A stretch of DNA of 64,000 nucleotides from Torpedo marmorata (taxonomy: Eukaryota), in the NCBI GenBank assembly GCA_977017645.1, contig OZ360244.1, positions 40,362,001 to 40,426,000 on the forward strand, given 5' to 3'. Each line of letters starts with the position of its first letter. Position 1 is the stretch's first letter. Made by a program: the position numbers and the translations under genes. This document shows, in pieces, positions 25,201 to 37,200 of the stretch. The notes under the pieces are model-generated. The model saw nothing but the letters and a program-made list of their open reading frames with translations, did no database searches and was not told the DNA's origin.

Positions 25201-28200
25201 AGTTTTGGCTTATTATCAAGTTAAAGGATTTTTAGTTGAGAAATTAGGGAATCAATTAATATCCCCTAGACAAGATGGGTTAGAGTTATTAATTACTAAT
25301 GGAAATGTTAACAAATTTATATCGCAAATGTATAAACTACTTCAGAAAAAAATGTTTAAAGTAGGACTACATAAATCTAGATTAAATTGGGAATCAGATC
25401 TAAACACTAGTATAGATGAACAACACTGGAAAGAATTATGTAAACTGAGTATGACTAAGATTATTAATGTTAGATATAGATTAGTACAATATAATTTTTT
25501 TCATCAATTATATATAACACCTAAAAAATTAAAGAAATTCAATTCGGCATTGTCAGATATGTGTTTTAGATGTAAAGATGAAATAGGTTCTTTTGTACAT
25601 TGTACATGGTCGTGTTTGAAAATTAAAAATTTTTGGTCTAAAGTTAAGGAATTTTTAGATAGAATTCTTAATATTACGATTCCAATGGACCCTATGATAT
25701 TTCTGTTTGGAGATATTAAAAAAATCAGTATTAGAAATAGATTGAATATGTACCAAATAGAATTTTTACGAATTGTGTTAGCAATTTCAAAAAAATGTAT
25801 TGCTATTACTTGGAAATCAGATTTAGATTTAAATTTGGATAGATTACATGCAGAGTTACGCTCGTGTATACCATTGGAAAAAATTACGTATAATTTACGA
25901 GACAAATATCATTTCTTTCTGAAAATTTGGAGCCCATATATGAGAATTATGGGTATGAATTAATTCTCTAGAAGTTAGTACCGCTGACAAAGTAACCTCC
26001 AATATATAAGTAGAGTTAGCTTGAAATAGTTTTTTCTCCTCATACTAACACTAATTTTCTTTCTTAACTTTATTATTCAACCTTTTTCTTTCCTTTTAAT
26101 TAACATTTTTATATTCTATTTTCTTTTTTATTAGATAGCGTGGGAGGGTTGGGGAGGGGAGGGTGGGAAGGGGGGGTAGTAAATATATCACATGTATTTT
26201 CAATAATATATTATTTTCTTGATATATGTATTTTGTGATTTTAAAAAATTAAATAAAATTATAAAAAAAAAAATAAAAAAAAAATGTTGTTTTAAATACC
26301 ATTGATTTATTTTCATATTGATCTGTTTTCTTTTCTTCAAAAGTGATTTTCTTATTCACGGTTTTTTGCTCTTCGCTTAACTTTTCAACTTTCTCAACCG
26401 AAATTCTATTAATATTTATCGCTAACTGTTCCTGAGCAATATCATTATTTCTTTCCAGTGGTCCATTGATTGTCCAACCAAGCATGGTTTTAACAGCATA
26501 AGGTCCATTCCTTTTACTCTCTATTACTTCTTTTGGTACCAAAACCTTTGGCACATCTGAACCAATCAGCATTTCTATTTCAGAATTAATTTCAGGTAAA
26601 TAAACCTTCCACAGATAAGCTAAATGATGGATATCCCTTTGATGAGGAATATTTCCTTCATTCACAGGCATAGTCTTCTGAGTATATACACTTGGAAGAT
26701 CACAAAATTTTTTGTCATCCAATCCAGCAACCTCTAAGCCTGAAACAATGTTAGTTTCAACAACCTTTTCTTGTCCCATGGTTTTTAACATAATTCTTGA
26801 TCTTTTTCCTTGAATATTAAGTTTATTCATTAGTCCTTCTGTGCAAAAAGATGCAGTGCTGCCTGGGTCTAAAAATGCATATGTTTTTACTATTGCATCC
26901 CCTTTCTTGGCCTTGACTTGTACAGGCACTATCGAAAGTTTGTAGTTGTTCACACCGGCCCCAGTAAGACCACTTGTCTGAACCGAGGTTATAACATTAT
27001 TTTCTGTTGTTTCCTTTGTTTCTGTTTGCTCCTTTTCCAATTCCTTGTTTCTGTTATGGATATGCAAAATTCTAGGATGTTTCAAATTGCATATGTTACA
27101 ATTAATTCGCTTCTCGCAGTTTTTACTGATGTGCCCTTTACACAGACAGCTAAAACATATTCCATTTTCCTTTAAGAAAGTGATCTTTTCCTTTTGTTCC
27201 TTCTTTTCCAATCGTAAACACATTTCCAAAGCATGTCCACCTTTACAGAACAAACAACTCTTTTCATTAGGCAAACTTTCCTTTTCCTTATTTACTTTGT
27301 CCTTTTCTTTACTTATCACTTGCACATTAGTAGCAAAAGTACTCCTTTTTACTTTCGGACTAGACTGTGTGTTAAACTTCCTTACATCTTTGCCCATCGA
27401 ATTATCTCTGGTATTTCCATACAGTGGATCTGTTTCAACGTACACCCGTCATTCAAGAAAATTTACCAAATCCTTTAAGGTAATTTTTCAACCGTAATCT
27501 ACTTGTAAATCACAAGCCAAATCTCTCCATCTATCCCATAACTTGTAAGGTAATTTTTCTAAGATGATTCGCATATTACTATGCACTTCAAGCTCACGAA
27601 TATTATCGATTTCTTCCATAGCATTACAACATCCTCTTAAAAACAAAGTATATTCTTGCAGAGCCTTTACATCATTTTGTTTTATTGATGTCCATTTAAG
27701 AGCTTTATCCATATAAGCTAAAGCAATTCGATGTTTGTTGCCAAAATATTGTTCCAGTAAAGCCTAAGCTTTGTCTAATCCTCTTTCTGAAGACATTTGT
27801 TTACAACTCTTTACCAGTTCTTTTGGATGTCCCTTTGTGAACATTTCCAAATAATAAAGACATTCATCACGATCTTGGCATTTATCTTCAATATTGCGTT
27901 TAAAAGATCTCATAAATGATTGATATTGAAGTGGATCACCATCAAAAGTTTGTATCTCTTTCTTGGGTAAAGAAGAGAGAGACTGTAACTGAAACAATGA
28001 TGCAGCAATTTCATTTTGTCTTTCCTTGGATGACAATACATTGCTCTGTTCACTGTCTCTTGTTGCATGCAATGTATCTGGAAACCTCACTGGTGTAGTT
28101 TCTTCCATATTTCTGATGCTTGACTCAAATAACAAAGAAGCTGCTTCGTTCGACCGAACCCAAGCCGCAGCTTTGCTTTCAGATGTTACCGTTGGTACAT

Positions 28201-31200
28201 GTGACTCGATATCAATATGCTCTTGAAAGGTTTGTCCTTCTATTTGAAAATCTTGTATCCTTGATTCTAAAATATCTATCCTTTTGGTTGGTTTCTTTTC
28301 CTGTGACTCTTTTTTAAAATATGACCTTTTATTATCAGACATTTTAGATAATTTACTTCGAGCGCCAGATACTATTGAGCCTTCTATTGCTTTCTTTTTT
28401 GCCTGGGCAATAACAATATTTGCTTCTATCTCCTGCTGTTCTTTTCTCTGCCTTAGCTGCTCCTGCATTTGTCTTAGCTGCTCCTCCTGTCGTTCTAAAA
28501 TATGTTTATCCTTAAGCGTTTTTTGTTGTGCAAAAAGAGCGGCCAAGTCCACTTCAATCTTTGTACGTGACGATGCAGAAATTGAAGTACGAGAAACTCT
28601 GGAGCTCGTACCAGAACTTCTTTTGCTTCTCCTGCTTTCAGCAATTGAGACACTGTCACTTGCTTGTATTTCATCCTGCAGTTCATATGTTGTCTTCATA
28701 CTTACCTCTTTATCCAATTTGAATTGTATATCCTTTGCATCTTCAACCACTTTAATTTCTTCATCATTTGTTGACACAATTTCAGCCATTTCCAAGTTAT
28801 CTTCTTGTTCATTTAATGAAGCTGCCTCTTCATCCTTTGCCTGCTTCAATCTTTCGATAAGAACCCTTTTATTTCCTCTTATGTCCTTTTTCAGTCGCTT
28901 CAATTCTTCTTTAATATCCGCAACCTTCATGTCTTCAATACGTTGGTCCTCAACAGCAACATCAGCGGTTGCTGCATCAGCTGCTGATATATCAGTAGCT
29001 GCTGTATCAGTGGCTGCTGCGGCCATTTTACTCGTCTTGTTCCTCTTTCCTTCAATCATACACAATACCAGCCAAACAACAGTCCCCAATGGACCAGCGG
29101 CAGCAATTCCAATCTGTGTTCTTACTTGCTAAAGATACACAGAAGGAGTCCACAGACTTATGCCAACCACTTCAAATGACTGTAATGTGCTGCAATCCAC
29201 AAACGAGTTTCAACCACAACATCCGTCACTAATATCACTGATTTTCCAGAAAATGGTTTCTCCAACGTATTTATAGGACACTTTACTATAAGATTTGAAG
29301 CTTTAAATCCCTCTCTGGCTGTTATTCATGGCAGATGGATGTCGATTACAAAATGCCCCCAACTCGAGGCATCTCCAAGATGGCCGCCATATTATTTTAA
29401 ATATCAGTCCAAAGCACAGAGAGTTTTTTTTATCTTCTTTCCTTCGTTTTTTCTGTTCCAAAAACAGCCAGCTCTTTATTGACTAGATTACGGTGACTTC
29501 GATCCACCAATAGTCACCTGGAGGCTAAGTGTGGTCCTTGTCTTTGACGCGTTTTAATCAATTTACCAACAAAGTCCAAAATGTTCAAAAACCTTTATTT
29601 ACATTTGACTTGCAGTAATCTTCAAGTGACTTTAATATAAACAGTTCTTGAAATGATGTAAAACAATGTAAAACGATCTAAAAAGATGTAAAACGTCTAA
29701 AACGGTCAATAAAGATGTGGAGACCTCACTCACCCTCCTAACATCTCATTCCTTTCTTTTTCTAGAAGCTTTGCGCCTCCTCCGTCGCTCCTAAACCCCC
29801 TGCGCACCCTCCACCGCACATACTACATTTCCCAGACTCCCACGCGCACCATGACGTCACTCCACACTGCGCATGCGCCCGTCGGCACTCCAGCGCATGC
29901 GCAGAGCACAGAACGGGCCGACGACGGCCCTGGCTGACAACGTGAGCGCTCCAGAAGCCGACGAGGCGCCGGAGCGCCGCAGCAAGGTAAGTTAAATGAG
30001 CCTACGGCTCTTACAAGTACTATCTCTAAGAACTTTCTCCATTAATTTACCTACCACAGACGTCAAACTTACAGGCCGATAATTGCCAGGCTTCCTCCTT
30101 GAACCCTTTTTAAATAACGGAACCACATGCGCAATACGCCAATCCTCCGGCACTATCCCCATCTCTAATGACATTTGGAAAATCACCGTCAGAGCCTCTG
30201 CTATTTCCTCCCTTATTTCTCTCAAGGTCCTGGGGAAGATCCCGTCGGGTCCCGGAGACTTAACCACCTTTATATGCCTCAAAAGCCCTAACACTACATC
30301 TTTCGTAATCACTATATTCTCCATATTTACCCAATATGCTTTTTTTTATCTCGCATACCCAATATCCTTCTCCTTGGTGAATACCGAAGAAAAGACACTG
30401 TTCAATATCTCCCCCATTTCTCTAGGCTCCACACACAGTTTTCCGCTCTGATTCTCTAAGGGACCAATTTTGTCCCCCGCTTTCCTTTTACCATTAACAT
30501 ATTTGTAGAAACCTTTTGGATTAATTTTCACCCTGCTTGCGATAGTCTCCTCGTACCTTCTTTTAGCTTTCCTAATTCCTCTCTTAAGATTCCTTTTACA
30601 TTCAATGTATTTTTCAAACATATCCTTAATTCCATGCTTCTTATACTTAATGTACGCCTCCCTTTTTTTTCGAACCAAGTTTCCAATATTTCTCGAAAAC
30701 CACGGCTCTCTCAAACCTTTTGCCCCTCTTTTAACCTAACAGGAACATAAAGCTTTTGCACTCTCAAAATCTGATCTTTAAAACGTGCAGCTTTTCCATA
30801 ATTCTTGAACGAATCCTTGTCTTTGCCAAATGACGTAATGTCCAGCATTTGCCACAAATTAGCTGTTTTGATCGCCTGTTGGATATAAAACTAAAGCGGC
30901 AGCAATTGAAATGCAGCTTTCCACTCCATTTGAAGGAAAAAGGCAAGATTCGAAGGTCAGATGTCCCATTGTGGCACCAATCTATGAGTTCCTGAATTGC
31001 AGGAGAAGCTGCAGCTTCTGACAATGTGTTTTCCAAATCTGGACTCTGATTACAATTGGAAAACTTAACGCACTCAACACAAACATTAGAAATTCTGCCT
31101 GCCCCGCAGGAAAAAGAATCTCAGGGTTGTATGTGATGTCGTGTATGTACTTTGACAATAAAGCTGAAATATGAACTTTGAACAATTTAAAGTTTGTGCA

Positions 31201-34200
31201 GAGATTGCGGAGAAAAAGCTTTGGGTTAACAAATCCTATTTGCATTTGAACAGGGTCTGAAACAACCGTTCAGGTGACAACAGCGGGAACGACCCCATCA
31301 GAAACTTCAACATTAACAAGCACGACAGTTGTTTCCACGTCACCCACCGGAAGACCAACCACAGAAGGTAACGACAAAGTCAAATATTGATGAAAATCAT
31401 GATGTGGATGTTGATTTTAAGGAGATGTAACGAACAAACAGATCAGCTTCAATTGACTGTTTCTTTTGCAACCGATCAGTGGTGCTGTGGGGTTAAACGT
31501 TGGATGGGGTAGTTAATCTGACACGATGCACAACTCTCACTCGAAGGTTCATATTTTTAACAAAAAGCACAATAAGTGGAGAGCAGTTAATGACGGGATC
31601 ACCTTCCACTGAGAAACCAACATCAACGAGCAGTCCGTCGGTTTCAAGCCCATTCACAGGATCCTCCTCTTCAGCAGGTAAATGGAAGAGATCAAAGCCC
31701 TTTCCCCAAATTTGTACCTCAATTACCTCTGTGACAACTGAGAGTGCAGAACAAAACATAGAAGAGACAATTTAAAAACAAACCGGTCCACTGAAAACGG
31801 CGATTGTTAAAGGCTTTGTGCAGCAGTTAGGGCAGAGGTTCAGCATGTAACCCCGATGAGGAACAGAATGTTCAGGGTGGTCACAGGGATTAACGCCGGG
31901 TGCAAATGAAGGTTTACGATACACTTTGTGACAATTATTCAGAAATTTGACATTAACGTACAGCTTTTCCATAATTCTTGAACGAATCCTTGTCTTTACC
32001 AAATGACGTAATGTCCAGCATTTGCCACATTTCAGTTGTTTTGATCGCCTGTTGGCTGTAAAACTAAAGCGGCAGCAATTGAAATGCAACTTTCCACTCC
32101 ATTTGAAGGAAAGGCAAGATTCGAAGGTCAGATGTCCCATTGTGGCTCCAATCTATGAGTTCCTGAATCGCAGGAGAAGCTGTAGCTTCTGACAATGTGT
32201 TTTCCAAATCTGGACTCTGATTACAATTGGAAAACTTAACGCACTCAACACAAACATTAGAAATTCTGCCTGCCCCGCAGGAAAAAGAATCTCAGGGTTG
32301 TATGTGATGTCATTTATGTAATCTGACAATAAATCTGAATTATGAATTTTGAACAATTTAAAGCTTGTGCAGAGATTGCGGAGAAAAAGCTTTGGGTTAA
32401 CAAATCCTATTTGCATTTGAACAGGGTCTGAAACAACCGTTCAGGTGACAACAGCGGGAACGACTCCATCAGAAACTTCAACATTAAAAAGCACGACAGT
32501 TGTTTCCACTTCACTCACTGGAACACCAACCACAGAAGGTAACGAGAAAGTCAAATATTGATGAAATTCAGGGCGTGGATGTTGATTTTAAGGAGATGTA
32601 ACGGAGAACCAGATCAGCTTCAATTGACCGTTTCTTTTACAACCGATCACTGGTGCTGTGGGGTTAAACGTTGGATGGGGAAGTTAATCTGACAAGATGC
32701 ACAAATCTCACTCAAGGATTCATATTTTTAACAGAAAGCACAACAAGAGGAGAGCAGTCAACGACGGGATCACCTTCCACTGAGAAACCAACAGCAACGA
32801 GCACTCCGTCTGTTTCAAGCTCATTCACAGGATCCTCCTCTTCAGCAGGTAAATGGAAGAAAACGAAGCCATTTCCCCAAATTTGTACCTCAATTACCTC
32901 TGCGAGAACTGAGAGTGCAGAACAAAACATAGAAGAGAGGATTTAAAAACAAACAGTTACACTAAAAACGGAGATTGTTAATGACTTTGTGTAGCAGTTC
33001 GGGCAAAGTTACAGCATGCAACTCCGATGAGGACCAGAATGTTCGGCGTGATCACAGGGATAACTCAGGGAACCATTGAAGACTTTGATACACTTTGTGA
33101 CATGTATCATAAATTTGACATTAACGTGAAGCTTTTCCGTAATTCTTGGACGTTACCTTGTGTGTGCCAAATGAAGTAATGTCCAGCATTTGCCACATAT
33201 CAGTTGTTTTGATCACATGTTGGCTAAAAAATCTATATAGCACCAGCAATTGAAATGCACGTTTCCACTCCATTGCAAAGAAAGGCAACATTGGAAGGTC
33301 AGATGTCCCATTGTGGCTCCAATCTATGAGTTCCTGAGTCGCAGGAGAAGATGCAGCTTCTGAAAATGTGTTTTCCGCGTCTGGACTCTGATTACAATTG
33401 GAGAACTTAACGTACTCAACACTAACGGTAGAAATTCTGCCTGGCCCGCAGGAAAAAACAATCTCAGGGTTGCATGTGATGTCGTGTATGTAATCTGACA
33501 ATAAATCTGAACTATGAATTTTGAACAATTTAAACTTTGTGCAGAGATTGCGGAGAAAAAGCTTTGGGTTAACAAATCCTATTTGCATTTGAACAGGGTC
33601 CGAAACAACCGTTCAGGTGACAACAGCGGGAACGACTCCATCAGAAACTTCAACATTAACAAGTACGACAGTTGTTTCCACGCCACCCACCGGAACACCA
33701 ACCACAGAAGGTAACGACAAAGTCAAATATTGATACAAATCAGGGCGTGGATTTTGATTTTAAGCATATGTAACGGAGAAACAGATCAGCTTGAATTGAC
33801 CGTTTCTTTTGCAACCGATCACTGGTGCTGTGGGGTTGGACGTTGGATGGGGAAGGGAAATCTGACAAGATGCACAAATCTCACTCAAGGGTCCATATTT
33901 TTAACAGAAAGCACAACAAGAGGAGAGCAGTCAACGACAGGATCACCTTCCACTGAGAAACCAACAGCAACGAGTAGTCCGTCTGTTTCAAGCTCATTCA
34001 CAGGATCCTCCTCTTCAGCAGGTAAATGGAAAAGATCAAAGCCCTTTCCCCAAATTTGTTCCTCAATTACATCTGCGACAACTGAGAGTGCAGAACAAAA
34101 CATAGAAGAGACGATTTAAAAACAAACAGTTACATTGAAAATGGCGATTGTTAAAGGCTTTGTGCAGCAGTTAGGGCAGAGTTTCAGCATGCAACCCAGA

Positions 34201-37200
34201 TGAGGACCAGAATGTTCGGAGTGGTCACAGGGATTAGCGCAGGGAGCAATTGAAGGTTTACGATACACTTTGTGACAAGTATCAGAAATTTGACATTAAC
34301 GTGCAGCTTTTCTATAATTTTTGAACGATACCTTGACTGTGCCAAATGACGTAATGTCCAGCATTTGCCACATTTCAGTTGTTTTGATCGCCTGTTGGCT
34401 ATAAAACTAAAGCGGCAGCAATTGAAATGCAGCTTTCCACTCCATTTGAAGTAAAGGCAAGATTCGAAGGTCAGATGTCCCATTGTGGCTCCAATCTATG
34501 AGTTCCTGAATCGCAGGAGAAGCTGCAGCTTCTGACAATGTGTTTTCCAAATCTGGACTCTGATTACAATTGGAAAACTTAACACACTCAACACAAACAT
34601 TCGAAATTCTGCCTGTCCCCGCAGGAAAAAGAATCTCAGGGTTGTATGTGATGTCATTTATGTAATCTGACAATAAATCTGAATTATTAATTTTGAACAA
34701 TTTAAAGTTTGTGCAGAGAATGTGGAGAAAAAGCTTTGGGTTAACAAATCCTATTTGCATTTGAACAGGGTCTGAAACAACCGTTCAGGTGACAACAGCG
34801 GGAACGACTACATCAGAAACTTCAACATTAAAAAGCACGACAGTTGTTTCCACGTCGCCCACCGGAACACCAACCACAGAAGGTAACGAGAAAGTCAAAT
34901 ATTGATGAAATTCAGGCCGTGGATGTTGATTTTAAGGAGATGTAACGGAGAAACAGATCAGCTTCAATTGACCGTTACTTTTGCAACCGATCACTGGTGC
35001 TGTGGGGTTAAACGTTGGATGGGGAAGGTAAATCTGACAAGATGCACAAATCTCACTCAAGGATAAATATTTTTAACAGAAAGCACAACAAGAGGAGAGC
35101 AGTCAACGACGGGATCACCTTCCACTGAGAAACCAACAGCAACGAGCAGTCCGTTTGTTTCAAGCTCAACCACAGGATCCTCCTCTTCAGCAGGTAAATG
35201 GAAGAGATCGAAGCCCTTTCCCCAAATTTGTACCTCAATTACCTTTGCGAGAATTGAGAGTGCAGAACAAAACATAGAAGAGACTATTTAAAAACAAACC
35301 GGTCCACTGAAAACAGCAATTGTTAAAGGCTTTGTGCAGCAGTTAGGGCAGAGTTTCAGCATGCAACCCCGATGAGGACCAGAATGTTCAGGGTGGTCAC
35401 AGGGATTAACGCGGGGAGCAATTGAAGGTTTACGATACACTTTGTGACAAGTATCATAAATTTGACATGGACGTGCAGCTTATCTGTAATTCTTGAACGA
35501 TACCATGTCTTTGCCAAATGACATAATGTTCAGCATTTGCCACAAATTAGTTGTTTTGATCGCCTGTTGGCTGTAAAACTATAGAGGTAGCAATTGAAAT
35601 GCAGCTTTCCACTCCATTTGAAGGAAAGGCAAGATTCGAAGGTCAGATGTCCCATTGTGGCTCCAATCTATGAGTTCCTGAGTCGCAGGAGAAGCTGCAG
35701 CTTCTGACAAAGTGTTTTCCAAATCTGGACTCTGATTATAATTGGAAAACTTAAGGCACTCAACACTAACGGTAGAAATTCTGCCTGGCCCGCAGGAAAA
35801 AACAATCTCAGGGTTGTATGTGATGTCATGTATTTAATCTGACAATAAATCTGAACTATGAACTTTGAACAATTTAAACTTTGTGCAGAGATTGCGGAGA
35901 AAAAGCTTTGGGTTAACAAATTCTATTTGCATTTGAACAGGGTCTGAAACAACCGTTCAGGTGACAACAGCGGGAACGACTCCATCAGAAACTTCAACAT
36001 TAACAAGCACGACAGTTGTTTCCACGTCACCCACAGGAACACCAACCACAGAAGGTAACGACAAGGTCAAATATTGATACAAATCAGGCCGTGGATGTTG
36101 ATTTTAAGGTGATGTAACGGAGAAACAGATCAGCTCCAATTGCCTGTTTCTTTTGCAACCGATCACTGGTGCTGTGGGGTTGGACGTTGCATGGGGAAGG
36201 GAAATCTGACAAGATGCACAAATCTCACTCAAGGATTCATATTTTTAACAGAAAGCACAACAAGTGGAGAGCAGTCAACGACGGGATCACCTTCCACTGA
36301 GAAACCAACAGCAACGAGCAGTCCGTCTGTTTCAAGCTCATTCACAGGATCCTCCTCTTCAGCAGGTAAATGGAAGAGATCAAAGCCCTTTCCCCAAATT
36401 TGTTCCTCAATCACTTCTGCGACAACTGAGAGTGCAGAACAAAACATAGAAGAGACGATTTAAACACAAACTGGTCCACTGAAAACGGCGATAGTTAAAG
36501 GCTTTGTGCAGCAGTCAGGGCAGAGTTTCAGCATGTAACCCCGATGAGGACCAGAATGTTCGGAGTGGTCACAGGGATTAACGCGGGGAGCAATTGAAGG
36601 TTTACGATACACTTTGTGACAAGTATCAGAAATTTGACATTAACGTGCAGCTTTTCTATAATTTTTGAACGATACCTTGACTGTACCAAATGACGTAATG
36701 TCCAGCATTTGCCACATTTCAGTTGTTTTGATCGCCTGTTGGCTGTAAAACTAAAGCAGCAGCAATTGAAATGCAGCTTTCCACTCCATTTGAAGGAAAG
36801 GCAAGATTCGAAGGTCAGATGTCCCATTGTGGCACCAATCTATGAGTTCCTGAATCGCAGGAGAAGCTGCAGCTTCTGACAATGTGTTTTCCAAATCTGG
36901 ACTCTCATTACAATTGGAAAACTTAACGCACTCAACACAAACATTAGAAATTCTGCCTGCCCCGCAGGAAAAAGAATCTCAGAGTTGTGTGTGATGTCAT
37001 TTATGTAATCTGACAATAAATCTGAATTATGAATTTTGAACAATTTAAATTTGTGCAGAGATTGCGGAGAAAAAGCTTTGGGTTAACAAATCCTATTTGC
37101 ATTTGAACAGGGTCTGAAACAACCGTTCAGGTGACAACAGCGGGAACGACTCCATCAGAAACTTCAACATTAACAAGCACGACAGTTGTTTCCACTTCAC

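Larger units (their letters stand above)
22951..30015 (-). mobile_element. Non-autonomous BEL/Pao LTR retrotransposon inserted into the CR1
   Basis: Two ~530-bp LTRs; TSD AGTAC (22946-22950 and 30016-30020); PPT-like AATTAGGGGCCGG before the 3' LTR; gag with FDGDP motif, three Cys/His knuckles, protease FLDPGS and a BEL C-terminal W..GKI...D..GLVR.V...RPI.K motif (DUF5641-like) at about 23690-23850. Confidence 0.9.
18834..30781 (-). mobile_element. 5'-truncated CR1-clade LINE (~2.1 kb) split into three pieces: about 18834-19146, 21930-22950 and 30021-30781
   Basis: CR1 RT motifs KSPGPDGI, NYRPVSLTS, QHGF..GRSCLTNL, DFSKAFDKVPH, GVPQGSVLGP and YADD; short tandem 3' tail (AACCATAT)n; the host sequence gacatt|aacgtgcag rejoins across it. 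Confidence 0.9.

Noticed and set aside
28284-29132. 282-aa + strand ORF
   Set aside because: It is the antisense shadow of the low-complexity BEL gag N-terminus and has no recognisable domain.
31150-31165. AATAAA in the long intron of most units as an alternative poly(A) signal
   Set aside because: It is a common hexamer in AT-rich sequence, absent in units 1-3, with no clear downstream GU-rich element. It cannot be supported without 3'-end data.
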